Shown here: positions 17,742 to 26,432 of the stretch, one piece after another
How positions within the stretch are numbered: position 1 is the stretch's first letter
Layout of the letters: each line of letters begins with the position of its first letter
Source of the DNA: a virus
Virus genome (UHGV): UHGV-0083175
DNA length: 52,653 nt
Strand: one strand, 5' to 3'
Position numbers and translations under genes: made by a program
Notes under the pieces: model-generated
What the model was told of the DNA's origin: nothing
Seen by the model: the letters and a program-made list of their open reading frames with translations, nothing else
Databases searched by the model: none

Positions 17742-18122
17742 TTTGTTAAGTACCCATCCGACAGCTCGCTCATTTTGGTTTATTTTCGTATCGCGAAACA
17801 AAAATTCGAAGCGGCCAGATGACGCATGGGTGCAACCAAATACCGGGGCGTATTCATCAACCTTTGGTGTTCCTGAAAACATGCAGTCCGTGCTCTCGAA
17901 TGCAGATGAATTGCTGTTGATCCACTTAACAAAAGAAAAAAAGGTCTGAATCGCTTGTCTGTCTGAATATTCAACAAAATCCTCAAGGTGTGTCTCGATC
18001 AGTTCCGGGTGTTTACGAAAGTCATAATATTGACCGGGACGATATTTATGAGTGGTTGTTTTATCCCATGGTTGTGCTCTGCGTCCCTGTAAACGGAGGT
18101 CTGCCGCTGGATAGATAAGCAT
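17490..18122 (-). CDS. hypothetical protein, antisense to the lysis operon
   Basis: Minus-strand ORF; start at internal Met (MLIYPAADL...) with strong AGGAGA RBS; 210 aa. Confidence 0.5.
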   Translation of the reverse strand: MLIYPAADLRLQGRRAQPWDKTTTHKYRPGQYYDFRKHPELIETHLEDFVEYSDRQAIQTFFSFVKWINSNSSAFESTDCMFSGTPKVDEYAPVFGCTHASSGRFEFLFRDTKINQNERAVGWVLNKLSLYLQKERPDFCKGTFGIVPLMTEYTDSGGNEFTGYRICVYFDAYGNGTEDTWTSLNIMFDGLMKATKRMSNETITGEMRPL

Positions 18123-18252
18123 AAGTAATCTCCTGGTGGAATGTAATCCACGATCATCCGGGGAAATTAAGAACCCGCCAGTGCCCACCACTGGTGGGGT
18201 GAAGGCTTAACATATCCAGGGATTCGGAACCGATAAATCCTGATAAATATCC

Positions 18253-18786
18253 ATGAACACCAAAATAAAATACGGCCTGTCGGCTGCCGTTCTGGCGCTG
18301 ATTGCCGCAGGGGCGCCTGCGCCTGATATTCTCGACCAGTTTCTGGATGAAAAAGAAGGTAACCACACCACGGCATACCGTGATGGTGCGGGTATCTGGA
18401 CCATTTGTCGTGGTGCCACCAGGGTGGATGGCAAACCTGTCGTCCCGGGCATGAAGTTGTCGAAGAAAAAATGCGACCAGGTTAACGCCATTGAGCGTGA
18501 TAAGGCGCTGGCATGGGTGGAGAAAAACATCCGGGTGCCACTGACCGAACCCCAGAAAGCGGGGATCGCGTCATTCTGCCCGTATAACATTGGCCCCGGT
18601 AAGTGTTTCCCGTCGACGTTTTATAAACGAATTAATGCAGGCGATCGCAGGGGAGCGTGTGAAGCGATTCGCTGGTGGATTAAGGACGGTGGCAGGGACT
18701 GCCGTATCCGCTCAAATAATTGTTATGGTCAGGTATCCCGTCGTGACCAGGAGAGCGCGCTGGCGTGCTGGGGTATCGACAGATAA
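18253..18786 (+). CDS. SAR endolysin (phage lysozyme with signal-anchor-release domain)
   Basis: N-terminal Gly/Ala-rich SAR helix GLSAAVLALIAAGA; E...D...T catalytic motif region EGNHTTAYRDGAGIWTICRG. Confidence 0.85.
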   Translation: MNTKIKYGLSAAVLALIAAGAPAPDILDQFLDEKEGNHTTAYRDGAGIWTICRGATRVDGKPVVPGMKLSKKKCDQVNAIERDKALAWVEKNIRVPLTEPQKAGIASFCPYNIGPGKCFPSTFYKRINAGDRRGACEAIRWWIKDGGRDCRIRSNNCYGQVSRRDQESALACWGIDR

Positions 18787-18875
18787 GCAGAATATTTTGC
18801 TGAAAAATGAGGTTTGCTTACATGGACGGATAACACGAAATCCTGCGAACTGGCAAAATGTAAGTGAATAAAAGT

Positions 18876-18912
18876 AAAAACCCCGTTTGTTGGCAGCAAG
18901 CGGGGTTTTGTG
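18876..18912 (+). terminator. candidate stem-loop terminator between endolysin and Rz
   Basis: AAAAACCCCG...CGGGGTTTTGTGTTT hairpin with T-rich tail. Confidence 0.4.
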
Positions 18913-19006
18913 TTTCTGACCTTGGATAAGGCAAGGGAGAAATTATGGGTAGGGAGGTGCTTTCCCTGTGAGGAAGTATAAAAGATTCTTTCTGAGGTTG
19001 TCCATT

Positions 19007-19120
19007 ATGAAAGGCATTGAAGTGGAGACGCCAGCCAGTCTGGATTTAACAAGAGCGGCAGCTTTTGCCATTCGTATTGTGGCCATTGCTGTTCTGGTCT
19101 GGGCAATCCGTTGGTGGTGA
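19007..19120 (+). CDS. possible 37-aa membrane peptide
   Basis: Short [40 protein letters not shown] ending 1 nt before the Rz start; weak RBS. Confidence 0.25.
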   Translation: MKGIEVETPASLDLTRAAAFAIRIVAIAVLVWAIRWW

Positions 19121-19121
19121 T

Positions 19122-19589
19122 ATGAACCGTGTTCTGTGTGTGGTGATTATTGTCCTGCTGGTAGCCTGTGGTGTGCTTAGTCTGGGGCTGAATCATTACT
19201 GCGATAACGCCATCACCTATAAAGCGCAGCGCGATAAAAAAGCCAGAGAGCTGGAGCTGGCAAACGCAACCATTACTGACATGCAGCAGCGCCAGCGTGA
19301 TGTTGCAGCGCTCGATGCCAGATACTCGAGGGAATTAGCCGATGCGAGAGCTGAAAATGAAACTCTGCGTGCTGACGTTGCCGCTGGTCACCGCAGCCTG
19401 CGGATCAACGCCACCTGTCCAGGTCCCGTGCGTGAAGCCACCGGCACCTCCGGTGTGGATAATGCAACCGGGCCCCGACTGGCAGACACCGCTGAACGGG
19501 ATTATTTCATCCTCAGAGAACGGTTGATGACAATGCAGAAGCAGCTGGAAGGGGCGCAGGAATATATCCGCACTCAGTGTATTAACTAG
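19122..19589 (+). CDS. Rz: Rz (i-spanin)
   Basis: ATG 19122 with GGTGGTGA RBS; N-terminal TM helix then coiled-coil-rich periplasmic domain; contains the embedded Rz1 frame. Confidence 0.7.
   Translation: MNRVLCVVIIVLLVACGVLSLGLNHYCDNAITYKAQRDKKARELELANATITDMQQRQRDVAALDARYSRELADARAENETLRADVAAGHRSLRINATCPGPVREATGTSGVDNATGPRLADTAERDYFILRERLMTMQKQLEGAQEYIRTQCIN
19357..19527 (+). CDS. Rz1: Rz1 (o-spanin lipoprotein), embedded in Rz
   Basis: +1-frame ORF inside Rz; lipobox LVTAAC followed by a proline-rich segment. Confidence 0.6.
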   Translation: MKLCVLTLPLVTAACGSTPPVQVPCVKPPAPPVWIMQPGPDWQTPLNGIISSSENG

Positions 19590-19612
19590 TATTTTTGTTA
19601 TCCGGAGGATGC

Positions 19613-19837
19613 ATGAAGAAATTACTGGTAACCGTAAAGCCTTTTCAGGGAACAATTCCGTTCCGTATTTTGCAGCGTGGTCGTGTTCTTGTTGAAGGTT
19701 CGTTCAGTGGTAAATGTACGCAATTACACTCCCGGACCTTTCAGGTGAATGCCACGAATGAAGAGCTAACCGTTGAGTGTACGATGAATGCCGCTAAATG
19801 CCGTATGGTATCGGCTGCATTACAGCCAGTGTGTTGA
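19613..19837 (+). CDS. hypothetical small Cys-containing protein
   Basis: ATG 19613 preceded by GGAGGA; 74 aa. Confidence 0.4.
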   Translation: MKKLLVTVKPFQGTIPFRILQRGRVLVEGSFSGKCTQLHSRTFQVNATNEELTVECTMNAAKCRMVSAALQPVC

Positions 19838-20175
19838 GCGACCTTATTATCCATGCGCGGTATTGTCGCCGTATTCCCGTATTAACAGAGACCGCAGCCC
19901 GACAGGGAGACTCCTCTGCGCGAGTGTGCGGGGATAATCAAAAACGATACACACCGGGGTTTACCGCGTTAACGGAGCGCGGCGTTGTCCTCTCATGGTC
20001 GCTGGTCCGGTGCGATGGTGGAAGAAACCTGACGATGTGTTACCTCACAAGACCTGTTATGTCATGTGTCTGATTTGTGATTTAAGTCGGATAATTGTCG
20101 TTGCCATTAAGCAGAGGATTGATGGCCGACAGGGTGGCATTGTTAGAATAAGACTTATTCTTATCTGTGCCGGGA

Positions 20176-20508
20176 ATGAAAATGAAAAGAAATCTTCCGT
20201 TAATTATTTTGTTGTCTTCTCTGGTTATGGGCTGTACGCAACATAAAACAGATATGCCCCGACAGTTGGTTAAGGCATTACCACAATATCCGGCCTATGC
20301 AGCGGCAAATTATATAAAGGGACGGGTTGATGTGAAGTTTGATATTGGTGCTGATGGTACTGTCACCCGAATTGAGTTTATCCGTTCAGAGCCGCACCAT
20401 CTGTTTGATGAGCAGGTTGTAAAGGCGATGGCAAAATGGCGATTTGAGAAGGACAGGCCGCGTAAAGGCGTGAAGAAAACGTTTATCTTTAGTCCTTCTG
20501 CACCCTGA
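20176..20508 (+). CDS. lipoprotein with TonB C-terminal domain homology
   Basis: Signal peptide with lipobox LVMGC; PQYPAYAAANYIKGRVDVKFDIGADGTVTRIEF...VVKAMAKWRFE parallels the TonB C-terminal domain. Confidence 0.65.
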   Translation: MKMKRNLPLIILLSSLVMGCTQHKTDMPRQLVKALPQYPAYAAANYIKGRVDVKFDIGADGTVTRIEFIRSEPHHLFDEQVVKAMAKWRFEKDRPRKGVKKTFIFSPSAP

Positions 20509-20639
20509 TTATTTCATCAGAAATTAATTATCACTCTGTTGTTATTCTGTACATCCCGGCTGGGTAAGTCTTGTTCCGCCGGGTATGAAGATGAAATATT
20601 GTTGGAGGACAGTGGGTACCTGCTCCTGTAACCGAACGT

Positions 20640-20840
20640 TCATTTCTCGTTATTTGTCATGCTGGCCGGACGCAGATGCGTTGCATCTGTTGCCAGCCTT
20701 CTCCTGCAGGCTTCAATAACCCACGCTGAAAAGTTACCGGACCCTTTATGCTCAAGGGCGATGTTGATCTGTTCAATCATGTGATTGGGGAAACGGATAT
20801 TGCGGGTTGTGGTTCTGCGGGTCCGGTTTTTCGATGACAT
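20640..20840 (-). CDS. ribbon-helix-helix (Arc/CopG-like) DNA-binding protein
   Basis: Internal start MSSKNR...; RNIRFPNHMIEQINIALEHKGSGNFSAWVIEACRRRL; homologous to the N-terminus of the satellite gene at 24057..24419. Confidence 0.5.
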   Translation of the reverse strand: MSSKNRTRRTTTRNIRFPNHMIEQINIALEHKGSGNFSAWVIEACRRRLATDATHLRPASMTNNEK

Positions 20841-20881
20841 ATTTATTTCCTTTACTGATTGCCATATGACGGGGATTTTAC

Positions 20882-21247
20882 ATGGCTGAGCTTCGTACAC
20901 TCCAGAGCAGAATCAAAACACTGAATACCCGACGGGTGAATATTCTGAAGGGTGAACAGCGTCGTGTCAGTGGCAGTGCACGTGTTTCCCTCAAGCGTCA
21001 TATCTGGCTCAGGGATGCCGGGCAGTGCTGTCTCTGTGGTCGTGTGGTTGACCTCTGTGACAGTGAACTCGATCACCGAATTGCACTTCAGTTCGGTGGT
21101 GGTAATGAGGAGACGAATCTCTGGACGCTCTGTACCGAATGCCATCGACAAAAGTCTGCTCGTGAAGCGGCGGGTGGTATGCCGGACCCGACGCTGCCGG
21201 AGGTGTCCGGAGGTAGTGGCAGAGCGGACGACATCATCGGACTGTAA
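20882..21247 (+). CDS. HNH endonuclease (packaging-associated)
   Basis: CLCGRVVD...ELDHRIALQFGG...NLWTLCTECH HNH motif; immediately upstream of a cos-like site and terS. Confidence 0.8.
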   Translation: MAELRTLQSRIKTLNTRRVNILKGEQRRVSGSARVSLKRHIWLRDAGQCCLCGRVVDLCDSELDHRIALQFGGGNEETNLWTLCTECHRQKSAREAAGGMPDPTLPEVSGGSGRADDIIGL

Positions 21248-21249
21248 CC

Positions 21250-21312
21250 CGACCGGGGGGGGGGAATCATTCGGGGTAAAAAACGATCGCTCCGGACACC
21301 CCCCCCCCTCTC
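21250..21312. other. candidate cos (cohesive-end packaging) site of the prophage
   Basis: G10 run and complementary C10 run flanking AACGATCGCTCCGGACACC, between HNH and terS; paralogous site at 30051..30112. Confidence 0.45.
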
Positions 21313-21538
21313 ACCCAGAGAAAAAATTCCCGTTTCAGGTCAGTTAACATGTTAACTGGCTTCACGGGCATTTTTGCAGTTTTTATCTTTATTATTCAGT
21401 TTGTTGCGCGGAAAAAATGTTAACAGGCTTTTTCAGCAAATGTTAACCAGGCAGCAGTTAACATTTGCGGCATGAGACGCCGGGAAAAATGGGCTGAACC
21501 ATACCCGGCTGAGTGCATTCTGGACCCGGGAGGAGGCT

Positions 21539-22102
21539 GTGCTGACAACGCAAAAACGAAAATTTGCGCTGGCGCTCATGTCCGGGAAAAACAAAACAGC
21601 GTCAGCCATTGCCGCCGGTTATTCGGCGAAGACAGCCAGGGTTAAAGGCTCGCAGCTGGCAAAAGATCCGGAGGTGCTCGCGTTTATAGCCCGTAAGCAG
21701 TGCGAGACGGTAGAGGTGGATGAGGTTCCTGTTTACCGGCAGAAAAAATCAGAGCAGGAGGATAAACCCCGTCGCCGTGAGGCGGCTGCAATACCACAGC
21801 CGGACGAAACAAATCCGGAGATGCCTCTGCCCGTGGTGATATCTCCTGGTATTGAGTATATGGATGACGGTCTTCCCGATCCGGTGAAAGCGATGGGGCG
21901 TCTTCTGGTGGAGAACATTAATACCGACCCCAGGCTGGCGCTGGATGTGGCTTATAAGCTGGCACAGTTCACGCACCACAAAAAAGGGGATGCCGGTAAA
22001 AAATCGGCAAAAGGTGACGCGGCGAAAAAAGCGGCTAACCGTTTTGCGGTGCCACCACCCCCCCGACTGGTGGTGAATAATGATAATGAGGGCAGCGGAT
22101 GA
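21539..22102 (+). CDS. terminase small subunit
   Basis: N-terminal HTH KRKFALALMSGKNKTASAIAAGYSAKTARVKGSQLAKDPEV; directly upstream of the terL N-terminal fragment. Confidence 0.8.
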   Translation: MLTTQKRKFALALMSGKNKTASAIAAGYSAKTARVKGSQLAKDPEVLAFIARKQCETVEVDEVPVYRQKKSEQEDKPRRREAAAIPQPDETNPEMPLPVVISPGIEYMDDGLPDPVKAMGRLLVENINTDPRLALDVAYKLAQFTHHKKGDAGKKSAKGDAAKKAANRFAVPPPPRLVVNNDNEGSG

Positions 22103-22380
22103 TACCTGTGTGGAGCACGGCCTGCCCGGACTGGGCAGAGCGCCTGAAAAAGGGGCTGTCGATTATTCCGGCTCCGATTTACCCGGACCAGGCCGCACAT
22201 GCCCTGGCGATTTTTAAACAACTGCGGATTGTGGATGCACCGGGCAGCCCGACGTTCGGGGAGTCCTGTGCACCGTGGGTGTTTGATCTGGTGGCTGCCC
22301 TGTTTGGCTCCTACGATGCGCAGACCGGTGTACGCCATATAAAGGAAGTGTTCATTCTGATACCGAAAAATAATAGATAA
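22099..22380 (+). CDS. terminase large subunit, N-terminal fragment (gene split by satellite insertion)
   Basis: 93 codons ending ...KEVFILIPKNNR*; the remaining terL sequence resumes in frame ~9.5 kb downstream (...IPKKNSKSTLAAG...). Confidence 0.7.
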   Translation: MIPVWSTACPDWAERLKKGLSIIPAPIYPDQAAHALAIFKQLRIVDAPGSPTFGESCAPWVFDLVAALFGSYDAQTGVRHIKEVFILIPKNNR

Positions 22381-22543
22381 TAAAAAAACAAATAAAGTGT
22401 TTATTTGTTTTTTTCTACGTTTTATCAAATAGTTATGGTTATCTTTGCTCTATGTTTTTATGTGTTGCTAACGGCAGATTTTAACGCTTTGTTGTTGACA
22501 TGGACTAACCGATGAACCATAAACTTTATCTGTAGGGGCATTT

Positions 22544-23779
22544 ATGCTAATCAAACCGTTAAGCCATGTTGAAGTAAAGAACGCAAAACCAAAGGATAAA
22601 GATTACTCGCTTCATGATGGATTTGGGTTGTTGTTATATGTTTCAAGAAAAGGCTGTAAAACATGGCGTTTCAGGTATCAGCACCCCGACACCAAAAAAA
22701 GACAAACGCTTACCATTGGTCGTTATCCAGATTATTCAATAGCTGAGGCAAGAGAGGAAAGGGATAAAGCAAGGAAATTACTTTCAAGAGGTGTGGATCC
22801 TAATGAGTCTAAGCGCAAGGCAAAATCTGAACGAATTATGCTGAGGTCACAGACCTTTGAAAAAATAACAAATAACTGGTTTGAATTGTATTTAAAGGGA
22901 AGCAGAAGGGAAAATACAGTAAAAACAGTTAGCAGAGTTATTAAAGTTTATATTATTCCTGATTTTGGGGGTTGGACGATTTATGATATACGTGCTGATA
23001 ATGTATTGTCAGTTATTAGAAAATATGACGAAACGCCTGCACAGCAACGAAAAATAGTACAGGTTATGCGTCTTGTTATGGATTATGCCGTGAATGCTGG
23101 AATTGTTCAGTTTAATCCGTTGTCTCGTATTCATAAAGCGCTTCCACCTATGGAAGAGAAAAGCTTTAAGGCGCTGCCCATAGAAAGATTACCCGCTTTT
23201 CTTAATTGGCTTGAGTCAGAAAGTTGTCATCCATCAATAACATATGGTCTTCTTTTTATGATGCTGACAATGACCAGACCTAACGAGGCATTAGGTGCCA
23301 AATGGTCAGAACTGGACGTTGACAGAAAACTATGGACCATTCCAGCAGAGAGGATGAAGGGGAAAAGAGAACACATTATTCCTTTATCTTTACAGGCTGT
23401 TGAAGTGATAATGCGAATGAGAAAAATAAAACAAAGTGAGTATGTTTTTTTTGGTGCTCATTCAGTTGCAAAGGCAATAACGAGAGATGCTATTGTCAGT
23501 AGGGTTAATAAAAGCGAGTTTGCAAAGGAAATGACAGTACACGGATTCAGGTCAATGTGGAGCACATTACTCAATGAAGAGGGATTTAACCCCGATGTTA
23601 TAGAGGCTGCACTTGCACATAAGAGCGGAAATACTGTAAGGGATATTTATAACAGGACGTCATATATTGAACAGCGGGTAATAATGATGCAATGGATAGG
23701 TGATTTTGTCGATTCTGCAAGACGTGGGGTTATTGTTAGGACGCATGGTAAACGCGGTTTAAAATTGGTAAATGAATAA
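22544..23779 (+). CDS. int: tyrosine integrase (P4-type)
   Basis: 411 aa; P4-integrase-type N-terminus and C-terminal catalytic domain (HGFRS...LAH...Y); adjacent to the left junction. Confidence 0.85.
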   Translation: MLIKPLSHVEVKNAKPKDKDYSLHDGFGLLLYVSRKGCKTWRFRYQHPDTKKRQTLTIGRYPDYSIAEAREERDKARKLLSRGVDPNESKRKAKSERIMLRSQTFEKITNNWFELYLKGSRRENTVKTVSRVIKVYIIPDFGGWTIYDIRADNVLSVIRKYDETPAQQRKIVQVMRLVMDYAVNAGIVQFNPLSRIHKALPPMEEKSFKALPIERLPAFLNWLESESCHPSITYGLLFMMLTMTRPNEALGAKWSELDVDRKLWTIPAERMKGKREHIIPLSLQAVEVIMRMRKIKQSEYVFFGAHSVAKAITRDAIVSRVNKSEFAKEMTVHGFRSMWSTLLNEEGFNPDVIEAALAHKSGNTVRDIYNRTSYIEQRVIMMQWIGDFVDSARRGVIVRTHGKRGLKLVNE

Positions 23780-23791
23780 GGTGTACAATAT

Positions 23792-23998
23792 ATGAATGAT
23801 ATAAATAATAGTCAGATTTTGTTGCGTGATGATGTGATGAAAAAATTGCGATACAACAACGCGGCTGCTTTTCATATGTTTTTTAACAGAACGCCGGACT
23901 TTCCAAAGCCCTTCAAGATAGGCCGTCGCAATGCCTGGTATGAAGAGGATGTGCAAAATTGGCTTGATGAACAGCGAAGAAAAGCCCTTGAGGAGTGA
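23792..23998 (+). CDS. alpA: AlpA-family excisionase / transcriptional regulator
   Basis: 68 aa; FPKPFKIGRRNAWYEEDVQNWL matches the AlpA/Xis HTH signature; immediately downstream of int. Confidence 0.7.
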   Translation: MNDINNSQILLRDDVMKKLRYNNAAAFHMFFNRTPDFPKPFKIGRRNAWYEEDVQNWLDEQRRKALEE

Positions 23999-24056
23999 AC
24001 GTAAAAGAACAGGCGTCCTTAAAGGTCGCCTGTTATGTAGTAGTGGAATATTACAA

Positions 24057-24419
24057 TCATGTTTTTTTTGATGCTATGTAAGCAAGAATGCACGGTTCCT
24101 TTGCCAGTTGTGACCCTTTCGATCTGGCTGTTTTCGCACTGTATCCAGCAAGAATAGCGCACTGTGTCTGATTCAGCCCTTTCATCATGTAATCAGCAAA
24201 TTTCTTTTTTTGCTTCGTCAGCTTGTTTGTTTGGTCGTTTTTATCATCGTTTGCGGTAAAAACATTAGATGTGGTCTTAAGCTGATGTTTACAGGCTTCA
24301 ATTACCCACGATGAGAAGTTGGAGTGCGCTTTATCTCTTTCTATGCGTTTTTCAATATCAGCTAATAAGTCAGGCGGGAAGCGGATCCCCTTAAGTATCG
24401 CTTTGCGTGTTTTGTCCAT
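24057..24419 (-). CDS. RHH domain fused to a terS-like HTH domain (putative satellite regulator)
   Basis: N-terminal GIRFPPDLLADIEKRI...NFSSWVIEACKHQL (RHH); C-terminal KKKFADYMMKGLNQTQCAILAGYSAKTARSKGSQLAKEP near-identical to the helper TerS N-terminus. Confidence 0.55.
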   Translation of the reverse strand: MDKTRKAILKGIRFPPDLLADIEKRIERDKAHSNFSSWVIEACKHQLKTTSNVFTANDDKNDQTNKLTKQKKKFADYMMKGLNQTQCAILAGYSAKTARSKGSQLAKEPCILAYIASKKT

Positions 24420-24692
24420 TCATGGCCCCAAAATAAGTAGTGTTAACTTGTTACTATTTAACAGTTTTTGAGGGTGTGTTAAACAAAAAACTGGTTTGTG
24501 TTTAACGAAAATCGCTTCGTGTTAAACACGTTGCCTAGTTAGTGGGGACAGATGACGAGTTGATCAAACCTGCCGGATAACAGGCAAAGAAAAGGCCACC
24601 TGTCACGGTGGCCCTTCGACACAAATTTCGCGTTATCCCCAACGCATGAGCATCGCCGACAATGCCACATTTACGGCTGGTGGACAAGGCTA

Positions 24693-24920
24693 TCAGCCAG
24701 GCGGTCGGTTTTTAGTGGCTTTTAACCGCCGTGGGTATTTCTCGACAAAATCTTCAAGGGCAAATTTTTCTGGTGGCATTAAGCGCGGCGCTGGTGGTGG
24801 TATTTTTGTTCTGGTTAGTTCTTCCTCAACTCTGGCGCAGGCTTCTGACTGCCTTTGCCGGATGATTTCATCATCTTGCGTTTGCGTGTCTTGTATTGGT
24901 GATAGTGTGTTGTTGGTCAT
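24693..24920 (-). CDS. hypothetical protein
   Basis: 75-aa minus-strand ORF downstream of the small RHH gene; weak RBS. Confidence 0.3.
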   Translation of the reverse strand: MTNNTLSPIQDTQTQDDEIIRQRQSEACARVEEELTRTKIPPPAPRLMPPEKFALEDFVEKYPRRLKATKNRPPG

Positions 24921-24977
24921 GATACTGCCCTGTAAAGCAATGCGCCGTAGTACCTCACACCACGGCGCTGATAGTGA

Positions 24978-25157
24978 TTATTCTGATTCTTTGGCCTTGC
25001 GGCGCTGGCGGCGTTTGATCTCGCCTTTTGCTGCCGTAACTAGAAATCCGGCGGTACTTTCGCCAGGTTCTTTAAGTTGCTCAATATCGGTCATTACCTC
25101 ATGCGGGATTCTGACCGTTGTCATTTGTGATTTTGCGTTCTTTGCACCTGTTGCCAT
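24978..25157 (-). CDS. small DNA-binding protein (possible satellite repressor)
   Basis: 59-aa ORF with AGGAGA RBS (MATGAKNAKSQMTTVRIPHEVMTDIEQL...); faces a divergent promoter region containing inverted repeats. Confidence 0.45.
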   Translation of the reverse strand: MATGAKNAKSQMTTVRIPHEVMTDIEQLKEPGESTAGFLVTAAKGEIKRRQRRKAKESE

Positions 25158-25177
25158 TTCTGGTTCTCCTGATAATC

Positions 25178-25270
25178 GGTGTATTTCAGTATACGCAAAA
25201 AAAAAGATAAAAAAAGTCTTGCGGTGTATTTCACCTGAATGTAGATTTAAAAATGAAGGTGAAATACACC
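25178..25270. promoter_or_regulatory. operator-like inverted repeats in the satellite divergent control region
   Basis: GGTGTATTTCACC (25223-25235) and its exact reverse complement GGTGAAATACACC (25258-25270), plus a third half-site GGTGTATTTCAG at 25178. Confidence 0.45.
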
Positions 25271-25343
25271 TAAAACAACAACGCCCCGCAGTGATGGGAA
25301 CACATACGGGGCGTCTAACCAACAACGTAAACGAGGAGCCGTT

Positions 25344-25541
25344 ATGGTTGCCGTAAATCATATACCACACCTTGTACACACACAAACGGCCTTTGTGTGG
25401 CGTTTTCTGGCACTGAGTGCCGGAGAATCTCAAATCATCCACGTAACCGCCTGGACGGAACGCGAAGCGCGTAACCGTTGCCCGTCCGGTTGTGTTGCTG
25501 TATTTGCCGCCCGTATTCGTCAGGAGGTGCGCCATGATTAA
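25344..25541 (+). CDS. hypothetical protein (first gene of the satellite rightward operon)
   Basis: 65-aa ORF with GAGGAG RBS. Confidence 0.35.
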   Translation: MVAVNHIPHLVHTQTAFVWRFLALSAGESQIIHVTAWTEREARNRCPSGCVAVFAARIRQEVRHD

Positions 25542-25746
25542 TCTGTCACTTACTGACCTTAACCGCATTCAGTTTCGTGAGAAATTCACAGGGCAGCTAC
25601 TGGTCAATGTGGATAAAGGTCGCGTGGTGTGTAATTACCACTTACCAGATGAAGCAATTGTCGCCACAAGGGAATCATTACAGGAAATCACAAAACGTGC
25701 CGGAATGATTAACACGAATATTCAGGGGATGCTTTATGCACAATAA
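25534..25746 (+). CDS. hypothetical protein
   Basis: Internal ATG with CAGGAGGTG RBS; 70 aa. Confidence 0.4.
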   Translation: MINLSLTDLNRIQFREKFTGQLLVNVDKGRVVCNYHLPDEAIVATRESLQEITKRAGMINTNIQGMLYAQ

Positions 25747-25975
25747 AACCACACCGGACGCAGCCGCCGAAGCCATCAAAACGCTGATGCACGCGCTGAT
25801 TGATATTTCTGTTATCGCGGACAGGGCACATAAGCACGCCACCAGCGAAACAGAATATGCCGGTGCTTTCGTTCCTCACTCACTGGCTGTCATGCAATTT
25901 AGTGCTGATACGGCGCTGAATGAGGCCAAAGCTATCCTGATTGCTGATTGTGAAAATGGGGGGGGTTATGCGTGA
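25736..25975 (+). CDS. hypothetical protein
   Basis: 79-aa ORF, translationally coupled to neighbours. Confidence 0.35.
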   Translation: MHNKTTPDAAAEAIKTLMHALIDISVIADRAHKHATSETEYAGAFVPHSLAVMQFSADTALNEAKAILIADCENGGGYA

Positions 25976-26201
25976 TGATCGTTTTAATTCCCTGAAACAG
26001 GAATTTTCCGGCGTTCCTGATGATGCGGCTGATGCGCTTTCGTCAATGCCAGAACTTATTAGAGCGGCTTTTTTCTTACTTTCCACGAGAGAATATAAAT
26101 CAACGGGGCTTGATGTACTGAATATCGCCGCCGATTATGCGGAATATGTGGCAGAGGCGCGTTATAGAAGAAAATTTCCTGAGGATGTAAGCCATGCGTG
26201 A
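25968..26201 (+). CDS. hypothetical protein
   Basis: Internal start MRDDRF... of ORF 25941..26201. Confidence 0.35.
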   Translation: MRDDRFNSLKQEFSGVPDDAADALSSMPELIRAAFFLLSTREYKSTGLDVLNIAADYAEYVAEARYRRKFPEDVSHA

Positions 26202-26427
26202 TATTTACCACCAAACAATAGACCGCGCATTTCTTGCACTTTCTCACAGTGAAAACATGATGGAAATATTGCGCATATGGCTTGAAACACTTGGCGACAA
26301 TGAACGCGACAAACAAAAATCAAGAATTGCCACGGCATTAATAACGCTTCTTGAGCCTGTAATAATGGAACTGCAAGAAATAGATCTATTGCACGACAGA
26401 TATAAAGAACAGCACATCGGAGAATAA
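26194..26427 (+). CDS. hypothetical protein
   Basis: 77-aa ORF overlapping the upstream stop. Confidence 0.35.
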   Translation: MRDIYHQTIDRAFLALSHSENMMEILRIWLETLGDNERDKQKSRIATALITLLEPVIMELQEIDLLHDRYKEQHIGE

Positions 26428-26432
26428 AAATA

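Noticed and set aside
17743-17949. 68-aa plus-strand ORF inside the minus-strand gene
   Set aside because: Antisense to a better-supported gene with a strong RBS; no start context.
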